From positions 2,135-66,134 of the forward strand of contig JBAVAG010000023.1 of the NCBI GenBank assembly GCA_049585595.1: a DNA stretch of 64,000 nucleotides. The letters are read 5' to 3'. Numbering within the stretch: the first letter of the stretch is position 1; each line of letters starts with the position of its first letter. Position numbers and translations under genes: made by a program. Shown here in pieces: positions 29,012-38,130 of the stretch. The stretch is from Desulfobaccales bacterium. GTDB lineage: Bacteria > Desulfobacterota > Desulfobaccia > Desulfobaccales > 0-14-0-80-60-11. The notes beneath the pieces were generated by a model. That model saw nothing but the letters and a program-made list of their open reading frames with translations, was not told the DNA's origin and made no database searches.

Positions 29012-29115
29012 CCCTGACCCCTGATCCCTGACCCTTCACCCCTGCCTTGTCTGCTCACTGCTCACTGCTCACTGACCACTGACTACTGGCTACTGACTAC
29101 TGGCTACTGGCTACT
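29012..29115. repeat. Two adjacent heptamer arrays
   Basis: CCCTGAC CCCTGAT CCCTGAC CCTTCAC CCCTGCC (29012-29046), then (CTCACTG)x3 ACCACTG ACTACTG GCTACTG ACTACTG GCTACTG GCTAC (29051-29115). The last units overlap the trpF 3' end. Confidence 0.75.
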
Positions 29116-29717
29116 TCGTCAAAAAAGTCCCTCAGCTTTTCCGGGTCCTTCTTCCCCGGGGCGGCCTCCACCCCGCTGGCCACGTCCACCGCCTGGGGCC
29201 GGGCCACCTCGATGGCCTGGGCCACGTTAGCCGGGGTCAGACCGCCGGCCAGGACGATGGGGCCGAATTCCTGCGCCCGCCGGGCCAGTCTCCAGTCGAA
29301 GGTCTCCCCGGTGCCTCCCGCCTGCCCGGATTTGTAGGTGTCCAGGAGAAAGGCCTGCACCGCGTCCCGGTACGCTGCCAGGGCCCCCAGGGAGCTTTCG
29401 TTTTCGATCCGGAATCCCTTCAGCACCCGTCGTCCCAGGCTCAAGCAGTACTCCGGCGATTCCCGGCCATGAAGCTGGACCCAATCCAGGCCCAACCGGG
29501 CGGCCAGTTCCCGCACTACTGCCGCCTCTTCATCGACGAAGACCCCGACACTCAGGACCAGGGGCGGCAGTTGCCGGATGATCTCCCGGGCCGCCCCCGG
29601 CGCCACCCGGCGCGGGCTGGCGGGATGAAAGATGAACCCCAGGGCGTCCGCTCCCAACTCCGACGCCAGCCGGGCGTCTTCAGGATTGGTGATGCCGCAG
29701 ATTTTGATGCGAACCAT
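29097..29717 (-). CDS. trpF: Phosphoribosylanthranilate isomerase
   Basis: 206 aa. MVRIKICGITNPEDARLASELGADALGFIF... Confidence 0.9.
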   Translation of the reverse strand: MVRIKICGITNPEDARLASELGADALGFIFHPASPRRVAPGAAREIIRQLPPLVLSVGVFVDEEAAVVRELAARLGLDWVQLHGRESPEYCLSLGRRVLKGFRIENESSLGALAAYRDAVQAFLLDTYKSGQAGGTGETFDWRLARRAQEFGPIVLAGGLTPANVAQAIEVARPQAVDVASGVEAAPGKKDPEKLRDFFDEVASSQ

Positions 29718-29734
29718 GCTTTTAGGACCCGGCG

Positions 29735-29798
29735 GCCACAGGCCGCCCTAGAGAATCAGCTCCGCCGCTTATACCTCATAGGGCGGGCTGTGCCCGCC
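29735..29798. repeat. Composite REP (GGCGGCCACAGGYCGCCCTAGA...CATAGGGCGGGCTGTGCCCGCC)
   Basis: Second copy at 45789-45857 has the same two hairpin modules in the same order. Confidence 0.65.
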
Positions 29799-29806
29799 GC
29801 CCTGTT

Positions 29807-30592
29807 TTAGCCGGCGTTCCCCAGGAACTCCCTCAACTTGGCCCCGGGGTCGCTCTCAGTCACCAGCGCCTCCCCGATGAGAAAGGCGTGGATGCCCGCG
29901 GCCTGGTATCTTTCGACCTCGGCCCGGGTCTTCAGACCCGAAGCGGCCACCAGGGTCACCCCCGGCGGGGCCAAGCGCGCCAGCTCCAACGCCCGGTCCG
30001 GGAATACCTTAAGGGTGTGCAGGTCCCGGGAATTGATCCCGATAACCCTGGCCCCCACGTTCAGGGCCGCGGCCATCTCCCCGGCGGTGTGCACCTCCAC
30101 CAGAGCCTCCAACCCGAGGGAACGGGTCAAGGACAGCAAGGCCCGGAGCCTCTCGGGGCTCAGAAGGCTGACGATCAGCAGCAGGGCGTCGGCCCCCAGG
30201 GCGGCGCTCTGGTAAACCTGAATCTCCTCCAAAATAAAATCCTTGCGCAGAATGGGAAGCCGGATCAGGGGTCGCAATCTCGGGATGAATTCGGGATCGC
30301 CTTTAAAAAAAGAGACCTCGGTGAGCACGGAGATGGCCGCCGCCCCGTTCTCCTGATAGCGTAGGGCCAGCTCCCCCAGGTCCCAGTGCATGGCAAACTC
30401 CCCTTTGCCAGGCGATGCCCGCTTTACTTCGGCGATGATAGCCGGACCGGGTCGGCCCGCAAGGGCTGCTTGCAGGCTGAAACACGCCGGCCGCCGGCCA
30501 ATCGCCGCCCGGAATTGCTCCATCAGCCCCGCCTCCCGCAAGCGCTGGCTCTCGGCCTCCTTCATCTCGACGATTTTTGCCAGAAAATCCAT
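29807..30592 (-). CDS. trpC: Indole-3-glycerol-phosphate synthase
   Basis: 261 aa. ...IIAEVKRASPGKG...ISVLTEVSFFKGD...LPILRKDFILEEIQVYQS... Confidence 0.9.
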   Translation of the reverse strand: MDFLAKIVEMKEAESQRLREAGLMEQFRAAIGRRPACFSLQAALAGRPGPAIIAEVKRASPGKGEFAMHWDLGELALRYQENGAAAISVLTEVSFFKGDPEFIPRLRPLIRLPILRKDFILEEIQVYQSAALGADALLLIVSLLSPERLRALLSLTRSLGLEALVEVHTAGEMAAALNVGARVIGINSRDLHTLKVFPDRALELARLAPPGVTLVAASGLKTRAEVERYQAAGIHAFLIGEALVTESDPGAKLREFLGNAG

Positions 30593-30600
30593 ATTTTTAA

Positions 30601-30684
30601 GCCATCAGCCTTCAGCAGTCAGCCTTCAGCCTGAAAATCGAGGTACTTTACTGATCACTGATCGCTGGTCACTGATTACTGATC
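30601..30684. repeat. Two heptamer arrays between trpD and trpC
   Basis: GCCATCA GCCTTCA GCAGTCA GCCTTCA GCCTGAA (30601-30636) and ACTGATC ACTGATC GCTGGTC ACTGATT ACTGATC (30649-30684). The second overlaps the trpD stop. Confidence 0.7.
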
Positions 30685-31748
30685 GCCGCCTCAAAGCTCC
30701 TGCTCTTGGCAATCAAGTCCTCCAGTTTCTGCAGGGCCTTCCCGGAGCGAATAGTCTGCCGGGCGAGTTCGAGACCCTGGGGAAAATCCGGGCTCAACCC
30801 CGCGGCTATGTATGCCGCGGCCGCGTTCAATGCCACCATATCTTCCCGGGCCCCCCCCTCCCCTGCCAGCACGGCGCGCACAATGCGGGCGTTTTCAAAG
30901 ACGTCGCCGCCCTTGATCTCCGCCAGGGTGGCCCGTTTAAGGCCGAAATCCTCCGGCGCGATGTCATAGGTGCGCACCTTGCCCTCCCGGAGTTGGCTCA
31001 CCCGGGTGGGGCCGACGATGCTGATTTCGTCATAGGAGCCTTCGCCATAGACCACAAAGGCGCTCTTGCCCCCCAGCTTCCCCAGGACGCAAGCCAGGGG
31101 CTCGGTGAGCCGGGCCTCGTAAACCCCCAGCACCTGGACGTTGGCGTCGGCCGGATTGGTGAGCGGCCCCAGGATATTGAAGATGGTGCGGATGCCGATC
31201 TCCCGCCGGGGACCGATGGCGTAGCGCATGCTCCCATGGAGTTGCGGGGCGAAGAGAAAGCCGATGCCCACTTCCAGGATGCACCAGGCCACCTGCTCCG
31301 AGGTGAGGGAGAGATTGATCCCCAGGGCCTCGATGACGTCCGCGGATCCGCAGCGGGAGGAGACTGCCCGGTTGCCGTGTTTGGCTACCTTGAGCCCGGC
31401 CCCGGCCACTACGAAGGCGGTGGTGGTGGAGACATTGAAGGTGGAAGTGGCGTCGCCGCCGGTGCCGCAGGTATCCACCACCGTCTCCCGATCCACGTTG
31501 ATTTCGTCCCGGTCCAGGCCGATGAGGCCACCGGAAATGGGAATGCGCGTGGCCTGGGTCCGCATCACCCGGGCCGCCGCGGTGATCTCCGCCACCGTCT
31601 CCCCCTTCATCCTAAGCGCGGTGATGAAGGAGCCGATCTGGGCCTCGGTGGCCTCGCCGCTCATGATAATCTCCATGGCCCGGGTCATCTCCGCTTCATT
31701 CAAGTCGTGCCCGTGAACCACCCGATAAATGGCTTCTTTCAGCATCAT
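30669..31748 (-). CDS. trpD: Anthranilate phosphoribosyltransferase
   Basis: Start set at [51 protein letters not shown] (360 codons). Motifs DTCGTGGD and KHGNRAVSS. The 523-aa track ORF is an upstream over-extension into the neighbouring gene. Confidence 0.9.
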   Translation of the reverse strand: MMLKEAIYRVVHGHDLNEAEMTRAMEIIMSGEATEAQIGSFITALRMKGETVAEITAAARVMRTQATRIPISGGLIGLDRDEINVDRETVVDTCGTGGDATSTFNVSTTTAFVVAGAGLKVAKHGNRAVSSRCGSADVIEALGINLSLTSEQVAWCILEVGIGFLFAPQLHGSMRYAIGPRREIGIRTIFNILGPLTNPADANVQVLGVYEARLTEPLACVLGKLGGKSAFVVYGEGSYDEISIVGPTRVSQLREGKVRTYDIAPEDFGLKRATLAEIKGGDVFENARIVRAVLAGEGGAREDMVALNAAAAYIAAGLSPDFPQGLELARQTIRSGKALQKLEDLIAKSRSFEAAISNQ

Positions 31749-31765
31749 TATAGTCCTGTAAGGGG

Positions 31766-33793
31766 CTATTTTATCCTGGTATAAATGGCCGCCAGGGCGA
31801 TGGGCGCCAGGACCCAACCCATGATTTTTTCCAGGTGCCAGTAAGCCCAGATATAGTTCGAGGGGGTCCCCGGCTGGAAAGCCCTGGCCGCCCCTAAATT
31901 GACTCCGGGCAGGAAGCGGTCCAGACTTACGGCCAACCCATTCCAAAAGGGCTGGCCGGAGGCGTGGAAGGCCAGCCAGCCCAGCAGCACCAGGGCCAGG
32001 GCTGGCCACAAGGTGCGGGCGGGTTTGCGGCCAAAGCCCGCCGGCCAATCCCAAAAAATCTTGGTAAGCCACCTGCCCGGGTGCCACCAGGGGAACTTTG
32101 CCAATTCCCGGCGCTTGCCGGTGATAAAGGCCTGGTCGGCCCATTTCCTGAGGCCGCCGCGCTGAAAAAAGGCGTCCAATTGCGAGTAATTCTGGGCGTT
32201 GAAGCGGCTGCGCCCCAGCCAATCCAGCAATTCCTGCCATTTTTCCGCTTTATGGGGCTCTCTTTTGGTGGTGAGGCTCTTATAGGTCAGCCCATCGAGA
32301 TAGAGTTTCAGATCGCGGTCTTGCGGGGCCGGCCATTCAGGTTCTACGAGTTGGAGATGGTAAAGCGAGGCGTCGCGCCAATCGGCCTCATCCTTGATGG
32401 CCAATCTCACCAACTCAACCGGGCCTTTAACCTCCAAACTCCTCGCCTCAAATCTTTTTACCTCAATATTTCTAATGGTTAATCGATGGGCGATCCTGGT
32501 GCGGTTCAGGACAATCTCATTTAGCGGCAGACCGCCAACGGAAAGGGGGTGCAGGCCTCGAATTACCAGGTCGGTTAGCTGCCCCTCCTTCAACACCAGG
32601 CCGCCGAAGAAAATGGTGCCGATGAAGAAGGCCCCCCGGCCTACCTTGAGGCCGGAGAAAATCGTGCTTTCACTCTTGAAGATGGCCTGGTCGGCATTGA
32701 AGACCCCGCCAACTTCGAGCCGGGAAAAATCGGCCGGACCCATAAACAAGGTCTTGAAGGTTTTAAGCCTGCCGAAAGGATCGAGGTAGAAATTGTCCTT
32801 CACCGCCATTCCGGTGAAATACGCCGACCCGGCGAAGATGGCGCCATTGGCGTGGAAACCGTGGCCCACCTGCACGGCCTCGAAATCACTGATGTGGCCT
32901 AAAAATTGTGCCTTATCCGCCGAAAACTCCCCACCAATCTGGGCGCCGCGAAAATTGACGCCGCTGCGAAAGGTGGCAGCCAGTTGGTGGCCGGATTTTT
33001 CCAAGGGATCCAGGTACAAATCCCCCGCTATCCCGACCAGGACAAAGCTCACCAGCCCGTGGAAATCGCAGCCCTGAAACGAGGCGTCCCGGCCCACCTG
33101 CATCCGCTGAAAATTGGCTTTATGATTGGGCGCCAGAAACCTAGCCCCCTGTGCCCCGAAGTCGCCTTTGATGACGGCGCTGCCAAAATCCGCCGGCCCG
33201 TGAAATTCCGCCCCATCGAAAAAAGCACCTTCACCCACATGCAGCCCGCTAAAGTTGGCCACCTGATCTTCTGCCAGGAACTTGGCCCCTTCCGCAGCGA
33301 ATTGGCCGTCGATGTCCGCGGCAGTGAGATTTACCATTCCGCTAAACACCGTGTCTCTACAAAACAGGCTTACCGCCAGTTTTAAGCGGTGAAAATCTAC
33401 CCCGTTCAAAAAATGTGAACCGTTTAATGATAAATATTCATCAAAACGAGCATCTCTAATGCTAAACCATTCTTTGAAGATACAAGCGTGTAAAGCCACC
33501 GCGACGGTAACCTCGCCATTCTCCAGGTCCAGCGGCTCCGCGATAACCGCACTGCTAATCCGCACCCCCAGGCGGTGCACCCGAACCCCCGGCAAATCCC
33601 CGGTCAACATCTCTTCCAGAAACCCGGCCCGCAGGCGCCGCTCTGCGGCCGCGTCCCCGAACTCCTGCTTCAGGTCGGCGATCTCCCCGGCGGCCGCCTG
33701 CTTCAGGACAAACTGCTCCTGCGGGCTGAGGGGCGAACCGTCACTTAGGGCAATTTCCTTTTTCGGGTCCATGGGGATTTTCGCTTTTTCCAA
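31766..33793 (-). CDS. Large membrane protein with degenerate pentapeptide-type repeats
   Basis: 675 aa. Central region of repeated F/L-x-G-A-x-F units ([46 protein letters not shown]...). C-terminal TM segments ([15 protein letters not shown]; [15 protein letters not shown]). Stop lies 17 nt upstream of the trpD ATG. Confidence 0.75.
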   Translation of the reverse strand: MEKAKIPMDPKKEIALSDGSPLSPQEQFVLKQAAAGEIADLKQEFGDAAAERRLRAGFLEEMLTGDLPGVRVHRLGVRISSAVIAEPLDLENGEVTVAVALHACIFKEWFSIRDARFDEYLSLNGSHFLNGVDFHRLKLAVSLFCRDTVFSGMVNLTAADIDGQFAAEGAKFLAEDQVANFSGLHVGEGAFFDGAEFHGPADFGSAVIKGDFGAQGARFLAPNHKANFQRMQVGRDASFQGCDFHGLVSFVLVGIAGDLYLDPLEKSGHQLAATFRSGVNFRGAQIGGEFSADKAQFLGHISDFEAVQVGHGFHANGAIFAGSAYFTGMAVKDNFYLDPFGRLKTFKTLFMGPADFSRLEVGGVFNADQAIFKSESTIFSGLKVGRGAFFIGTIFFGGLVLKEGQLTDLVIRGLHPLSVGGLPLNEIVLNRTRIAHRLTIRNIEVKRFEARSLEVKGPVELVRLAIKDEADWRDASLYHLQLVEPEWPAPQDRDLKLYLDGLTYKSLTTKREPHKAEKWQELLDWLGRSRFNAQNYSQLDAFFQRGGLRKWADQAFITGKRRELAKFPWWHPGRWLTKIFWDWPAGFGRKPARTLWPALALVLLGWLAFHASGQPFWNGLAVSLDRFLPGVNLGAARAFQPGTPSNYIWAYWHLEKIMGWVLAPIALAAIYTRIK

Positions 33794-33872
33794 ATTCTCG
33801 ATCTTTAATATGGCAACGTTTCTTTCCGCCCCCCCTCACCCCACCCCTCTCCCGCGGTAGAGGCCTAGTTTC

Positions 33873-33932
33873 GGTGGGGCAGGCGTCCCTGCCTGCCTGC
33901 CTTGGTTGGCGGGCACGGAGGCCCGCCCCACC
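33873..33932. repeat. REP variant (GGTGGGGCAGGCGTCCCTGCC...GGCGGGCACGGAGGCCCGCCCCACC)
   Basis: GC palindromes with outer GGTGGGGC/GCCCCACC arms. Flanked by CCCCTCTCCC..GGGGAGAGGG hairpins (33826-33850, 33958-34005). Confidence 0.55.
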
Positions 33933-34087
33933 GATGGGAGTATTGCGGGAGATCCTTCCCTATCCCCTCTCCCCTAATGGGGGAGAGGGTTAGAGTGAGG
34001 GGAAATTAATCACTCACGCGTTTAAATGAATACGCTACCGGATTTACGAAATCGAGTGCTCACCAACTCACGTCCGGCGCCTAACCG

Positions 34088-34672
34088 TTACTCGCGATCT
34101 TCCCTGCCGATTTCGAAGGGCGCCGCGGCTCGCTCGGCCAAGACCCTGGCGCCCGCGGCCAGTCCGGCCTCCAGGGCCCGCTCGTTCATTTCCCGGCTGG
34201 CGGCCGGCACCCGGGCCAGGACCGCGGCTTTCAAACCTTCCCGGGAAACCGCGCCGGTGATGGCCGCCAGGGCCCCCAAGGCCACGATGTTGGCCATCAA
34301 TTCCCTGCCGGCCTCCCGGGCCATGCGGGTAAAGGGAATGGCCAGCGCCCCCGACTCCGGCACCTCTCGCACCAGGTCGGCGTCCACCAGCAGCACCCCT
34401 CCCTCTTTCAGGTCACCCAGAAAAACGTCCAGAGACTTCTGGTTCAGGGCGAGCAGCACGTCGGGCTGGATGGCCTTGGGGTAATCGATCTCCGCATCAC
34501 TGATGACCACCTCCGCCTTGGAGGCGCCCCCCCGGGCCTCGGGGCCATAACTCTGGGTCTGGCAGACAAACTTGCCGTCATAAATCCCGGCGGCCTCCGC
34601 CAGGATCACCCCTGCCAGCACCAACCCCTGGCCACCGGAGCCGGCCAGGCGAATCTCAAAGCGCATTGCCAT
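34088..34672 (-). CDS. 2-oxoacid:ferredoxin oxidoreductase, gamma subunit
   Basis: 194 aa. EIRLAGSGGQGLVLAGVILAEAA...QSYGPEARGGASKAEVVIS. Confidence 0.85.
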   Translation of the reverse strand: MAMRFEIRLAGSGGQGLVLAGVILAEAAGIYDGKFVCQTQSYGPEARGGASKAEVVISDAEIDYPKAIQPDVLLALNQKSLDVFLGDLKEGGVLLVDADLVREVPESGALAIPFTRMAREAGRELMANIVALGALAAITGAVSREGLKAAVLARVPAASREMNERALEAGLAAGARVLAERAAAPFEIGREDRE

Positions 34673-34682
34673 AATTTGGGCT

Positions 34683-34752
34683 CAAAGGTCGAGGTTATCA
34701 GTTCAAGGTTCAAAGGTTTGAGGTTTGAGTTTAGAGGGTTGCGGTTTAGGCT
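34683..34752. repeat. Heptamer array (NNAGGTT)n spanning the gamma/beta junction
   Basis: CAAAGGT CGAGGTT ATCAGTT CAAGGTT CAAAGGTT TGAGGTT TGAGTTT AGAGGGT TGCGGTT TAGGC. Covers the last ~16 codons and the stop of the beta-subunit gene. Confidence 0.65.
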
Positions 34753-35590
34753 TCGCTCCCAAGGCCGCCCGGGCCGCGACCTGGATGCGCCGGTATTCCT
34801 CGGTATAGATGGGCAGCTCGCGGTCCACCAGGACGCCGATGGTGATCTTGCCCGCCAGTTCCTCCGGGCTCATGGTGGCGGCCTTCTCCACCCGCACCGC
34901 CATCTCCTTCTGAGCCCGCATCATCTCCACCGGGCCGCCCTTCTTGTTCTTCGAGCCGAACTGGGTGTGGCAATGGCTGATGACCTCCACCACGGCAAAG
35001 CCCCCCTTCCTGAGGGCCTGTTCCATCAACCGGTCCAACAGGGTGACGTGGTACACCGTGCCCCGGCCCACCATGGCGGCGCCCGCCGTCACCGCCATCT
35101 CGCTGATGGAGAAGGCGTGTTCGATATGCCCGTATTGAGCAGTGGCCGCCCAGGCCCCGTAAGGGGTGGTGGGAGAAAATTGCCCGCCGGTCATGCCATA
35201 GATATTGTTGTTGATGATAATGGCCGTCAGGTCCAGATTGCGCCGGGCCGCATGGATGAAATGATTGCCGCCGATGGCGGTGGCGTCGCCGTCCCCCATG
35301 ACTACGATGACCTTGAGCTTGGGGTTGGCCAGCTTGACGCCGGTGGCAAAGGTGAGGGCCCGGCCGTGCGTGGTGTGCAGGGTATTGAAATCGACGTACA
35401 CGCTTATGCGCCCGGAACAGCCGATGCCCGAAACCAGGACGATCTCATCCTTGGTGTAGCCAATAGCGTCGATGGCCCGGATCATGGATCCCAGGACGAT
35501 GCCGTTGCCGCAGCCCGGACACCAGACGTGGGGGAACCTCTTCTCGTGGCGCAGGTATTTGTGAATCAGTTTGGTGACATCTTCGGCCAT
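34703..35590 (-). CDS. 2-oxoacid:ferredoxin oxidoreductase, beta (TPP-binding) subunit
   Basis: 295 aa. WCPGCGNGIVLG..., GIGCSGR, TPP motif VVMGDGDATAIGGNHFIHAARRN. Confidence 0.9.
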   Translation of the reverse strand: MAEDVTKLIHKYLRHEKRFPHVWCPGCGNGIVLGSMIRAIDAIGYTKDEIVLVSGIGCSGRISVYVDFNTLHTTHGRALTFATGVKLANPKLKVIVVMGDGDATAIGGNHFIHAARRNLDLTAIIINNNIYGMTGGQFSPTTPYGAWAATAQYGHIEHAFSISEMAVTAGAAMVGRGTVYHVTLLDRLMEQALRKGGFAVVEVISHCHTQFGSKNKKGGPVEMMRAQKEMAVRVEKAATMSPEELAGKITIGVLVDRELPIYTEEYRRIQVAARAALGAKPKPQPSKLKPQTFEP

Positions 35591-35660
35591 TTTCAGCTCT
35601 CCGCGAAGGCGAGGGTAGCACAGTTGGTGTAGCCCAAAATTTCCTTTTTTCCCGCTACCC

Positions 35661-35856
35661 TAATTTTGCCCTTTAATTTTTGCCTTTTTACTTTTTACTT
35701 TTGCCTTTTTGGGCATTGCGCACCATTTCGTAGGGGCGGGGTTTCCCCGCCCAGGGCGGCGAGACGCCGCCCTTACAACACAGGCTTCCAGCCTGTGATC
35801 GGGTCGCCCGGGCGCTCAGCTTTTTTTCTGGTGGCCGCAGGCTTTAGCCTGCGCTG
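35661..35856. repeat. Repeat-filled spacer between the alpha and beta subunit genes (T-rich heptamers plus three REP modules)
   Basis: TTTTGCC CTTTAAT TTTTGCC TTTTTAC TTTTTAC TTTTGCC TTTTTGG, followed by gtaggggcggggtttccccgcccagggcggcgagacgccgcccttac, cacaggcttccagcctgtgatcgggtcgccc and ggtggccgcaggctttagcctgcgc. Confidence 0.7.
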
Positions 35857-35868
35857 TAAGCAGTCCTC

Positions 35869-37011
35869 TTACATTTTCATGAGTCTATCCATAATCTCAT
35901 CCGGCGTAATCAAATTGCCGTCGATCCGATTCAAGGCCTCCACCCGGGTCAGGCCCTGGTTGATTCTTTTTACCTCCCGGGACATCTGGCCCATATTGAG
36001 CTCTGGCACCAGGGCGGCCCGCACCTGGCGCAGCAGCGGCTCCAACTGCCGCCGGGGAAAGGGCCAGAGGGTGATGAGTTGCAGCAGTCCGGCCTTGATC
36101 CCCCGCTCCCGGGCCTCGGCCACCGCCCGCCGGGCGCTGCGAGCCACCGAGCCGTAGGCCACCACCAGGATCTCGGCGTCCGCCGTCTGCACCTCTTTCA
36201 CCATCTGGATGTCATGGAAGTGTTGGGTGATCTTGCGGAACAGGCGGTTCAAAAAAGGCACGATCTCGTCGGGGCGTTCTGTGGGAAAACCCCGCACGTC
36301 ATGGATCAGACCGGTAACGTGGTAACGGTAGCCGTCCCCGAAGATGCCCATGGGGGGCACCCCGCTGGCGGTGTCGGCATACGGAAGGTACCATTCCGGC
36401 GGCATGTCCGGGCGCACCCGGTCCACTACCTCCAGGGGCGTCTCCGGCGGCAGCAGGAGCTTCTCCCGGGTGTGCCCAACCACTTCATCGCTCAAAATGA
36501 TCACCGGGGTCCGGTATTTTTCCGCCAGCGAGAAGGCCTTCACCGTGAGCTCGAAGCATTCCTGGGTGGTGGAGACCGCCAGGACGATGATGGGGTGGTC
36601 CCCGTGGGTCCCCCAGCGGGCCTGCTGCACGTCCCCCTGGCTGACGTGGGTGGCGAGACCCGTGGAAGGCCCGCCCCTCATAACGTTGACGATAACCGCG
36701 GGCACCTCGGCCACGCAGGCGAACCCCAGGTTCTCCTGCATCAGGGAAAACCCCGGGCCGCTGGTGGCGGTCATGGCCTTGGCCCCGGCCAGGGAGGCGC
36801 CGATAACCGCTCCCATGGAGGCGATTTCATCCTCCATCTGAATAAAGGTGCCGTCCACCGCGGGCAGGCGGTAGGACATGACTTCGCTGATCTCCGTGGC
36901 CGGGGTGATGGGATAGCCGGCAAAAAAACGGCAACCGGCATAGAGGGCGCCCTCCACCATGGCTTCGTTGCCTTGGAGCAGTCTGGCTTTCCCGGGGGTC
37001 CCGCCATTCAT
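35869..37011 (-). CDS. 2-oxoacid:ferredoxin oxidoreductase, alpha subunit
   Basis: Start set at MNGGTPGKARLLQGNEAMVEGALYAGCRFFAGYPITPATE (381 codons, SD GGAGAG), after the stop of the delta gene. Contains ...TATSGPGFSLMQE... The track ORF over-extends by 29 codons. Confidence 0.9.
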   Translation of the reverse strand: MNGGTPGKARLLQGNEAMVEGALYAGCRFFAGYPITPATEISEVMSYRLPAVDGTFIQMEDEIASMGAVIGASLAGAKAMTATSGPGFSLMQENLGFACVAEVPAVIVNVMRGGPSTGLATHVSQGDVQQARWGTHGDHPIIVLAVSTTQECFELTVKAFSLAEKYRTPVIILSDEVVGHTREKLLLPPETPLEVVDRVRPDMPPEWYLPYADTASGVPPMGIFGDGYRYHVTGLIHDVRGFPTERPDEIVPFLNRLFRKITQHFHDIQMVKEVQTADAEILVVAYGSVARSARRAVAEARERGIKAGLLQLITLWPFPRRQLEPLLRQVRAALVPELNMGQMSREVKRINQGLTRVEALNRIDGNLITPDEIMDRLMKM

Positions 37012-37039
37012 GGTTTCTCTCCCATCCAGTTTGCCAATG

Positions 37040-37351
37040 TCATTCCGTCTCCTCCGCTGCCGGTTCTTTGGCAACCACCTCCTTGACGCAGATGGCAAAG
37101 TCCGGACAATGCAGTTCGCACCAGCGGCAGCCGTTGCAGCGCTCAGGGCTCTTCACCCGCGGCGCCCCCTGGGCGTCCATCTCCAGGCACTGCCGGGGGC
37201 AAAAGGCGGCGCAGATGCCGCAGGACTTGCACCAGTCCCGAAAGATGTCGATTTCAAACTGCGGCTGGGGCTTTTCGGAAGGTTCCGGTCCGGCCGGCCC
37301 CTTCTTAGACTCTAAGGTCTGATTTGCCTCGAATTTCGTATCCTTATCCAT
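37040..37351 (-). CDS. 2-oxoacid:ferredoxin oxidoreductase, delta (2x[4Fe-4S] ferredoxin) subunit
   Basis: 103 aa. CKSCGICAAFCP ... CNGCRWCELHCP dicluster motifs. Confidence 0.85.
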   Translation of the reverse strand: MDKDTKFEANQTLESKKGPAGPEPSEKPQPQFEIDIFRDWCKSCGICAAFCPRQCLEMDAQGAPRVKSPERCNGCRWCELHCPDFAICVKEVVAKEPAAEETE

Positions 37352-37547
37352 AGTCAGTAGCCAGTAGTCAGTAATCAGTGAGCAGTGAGCAGTGAGCAGT
37401 AAAACCTAACTTCTGTCAGTAATCGCAAAATGATTAGACATTTGGATCATTTTCATTAATTATCACATTCACTCAGGCAAAGAAAAAAACGATTGAGTTG
37501 AAAAGCCTACCGATCACCGACTACTGGCTACTGACTACTGGCTACTG
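37352..37547. repeat. Heptamer-bounded element E1 (downstream flank of trpG)
   Basis: Seven CAGT-type heptamers (AGTCAGT AGCCAGT AGTCAGT AATCAGT GAGCAGT x3; 37352-37400), a core, then the inverted array ACTACTG GCTACTG ACTACTG GCTACTG (to 37547). Core 37433-37504 is homologous to 38177-38249. Confidence 0.75.
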
Positions 37548-37549
37548 CT

Positions 37550-38122
37550 TCAGCCCCGGCTGCGCTTCCTGAAATTGCGCAGCAGATTGATGCCTTCGGC
37601 GGTCATGATGGACTCGGGATGAAACTGCACTCCGAAGATGGCGTATTCCCGGTGGCGCAGCCCCATGATCTCCCCCACCGCAGTCTGGGCCGAAACTTCG
37701 AGACAGGCGGGCAAAGTCTCCCGCTCCACGATGAGGGAATGGTAACGGGTGGCCTCAAAGGGAGAGGGAACGCCCTGGAAGAGATCCCGTCCGTCATGAT
37801 AAATGAGGGAGGTCTTGCCGTGCATCAGCCGGGTGGAGCGGATGACCCGGCCCCCGAAGGCCGCGCCCAGGGCCTGGTGTCCCAGGCACACTCCCAGGAT
37901 GGGAATCTGTCCGGCAAAATGGAGGATGGCCGCCATGGAAATCCCCGCTTCGGTGGGAGAGCAAGGTCCTGGAGAGATTACCAGCCGGTCCGGCTGGACC
38001 GCCTCAATTCCCTTAAGGTCTATCTGGTCATTGCGAAAGACCCGGACCTCCTCTCCCAACTGGCCGAAATACTGCACCAGATTATAGGTGAAAGAATCAT
38101 AGTTATCTATCATTACTAACAT
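37550..38122 (-). CDS. trpG: Anthranilate synthase component II (glutamine amidotransferase)
   Basis: 190 aa. [19 protein letters not shown]..., catalytic GVCLGHQ, ...FGVQFHPES. Confidence 0.9.
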   Translation of the reverse strand: MLVMIDNYDSFTYNLVQYFGQLGEEVRVFRNDQIDLKGIEAVQPDRLVISPGPCSPTEAGISMAAILHFAGQIPILGVCLGHQALGAAFGGRVIRSTRLMHGKTSLIYHDGRDLFQGVPSPFEATRYHSLIVERETLPACLEVSAQTAVGEIMGLRHREYAIFGVQFHPESIMTAEGINLLRNFRKRSRG

Positions 38123-38130
38123 ATCTGCCT

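Noticed and set aside
28802-29115. Possibility that the short tandem repeats are a CRISPR array
   Set aside because: The repeat unit is only 7 nt, the units are contiguous without spacers, and no cas genes are present. This is not CRISPR.
30390-31784. 464-aa plus-strand ORF
   Set aside because: It is antisense to trpC/trpD.
31749-32240. N-terminal 163 codons of the 523-aa track ORF for trpD
   Set aside because: The extension overlaps the 3' end of the repeat-protein gene in another frame and has no TrpD similarity. TrpD homology begins at [10 protein letters not shown] (31748).
34676-35632. 318-aa plus-strand ORF (and 36079-37086, 335 aa)
   Set aside because: They are antisense to the OFOR beta and alpha subunits, which carry diagnostic TPP and other motifs.
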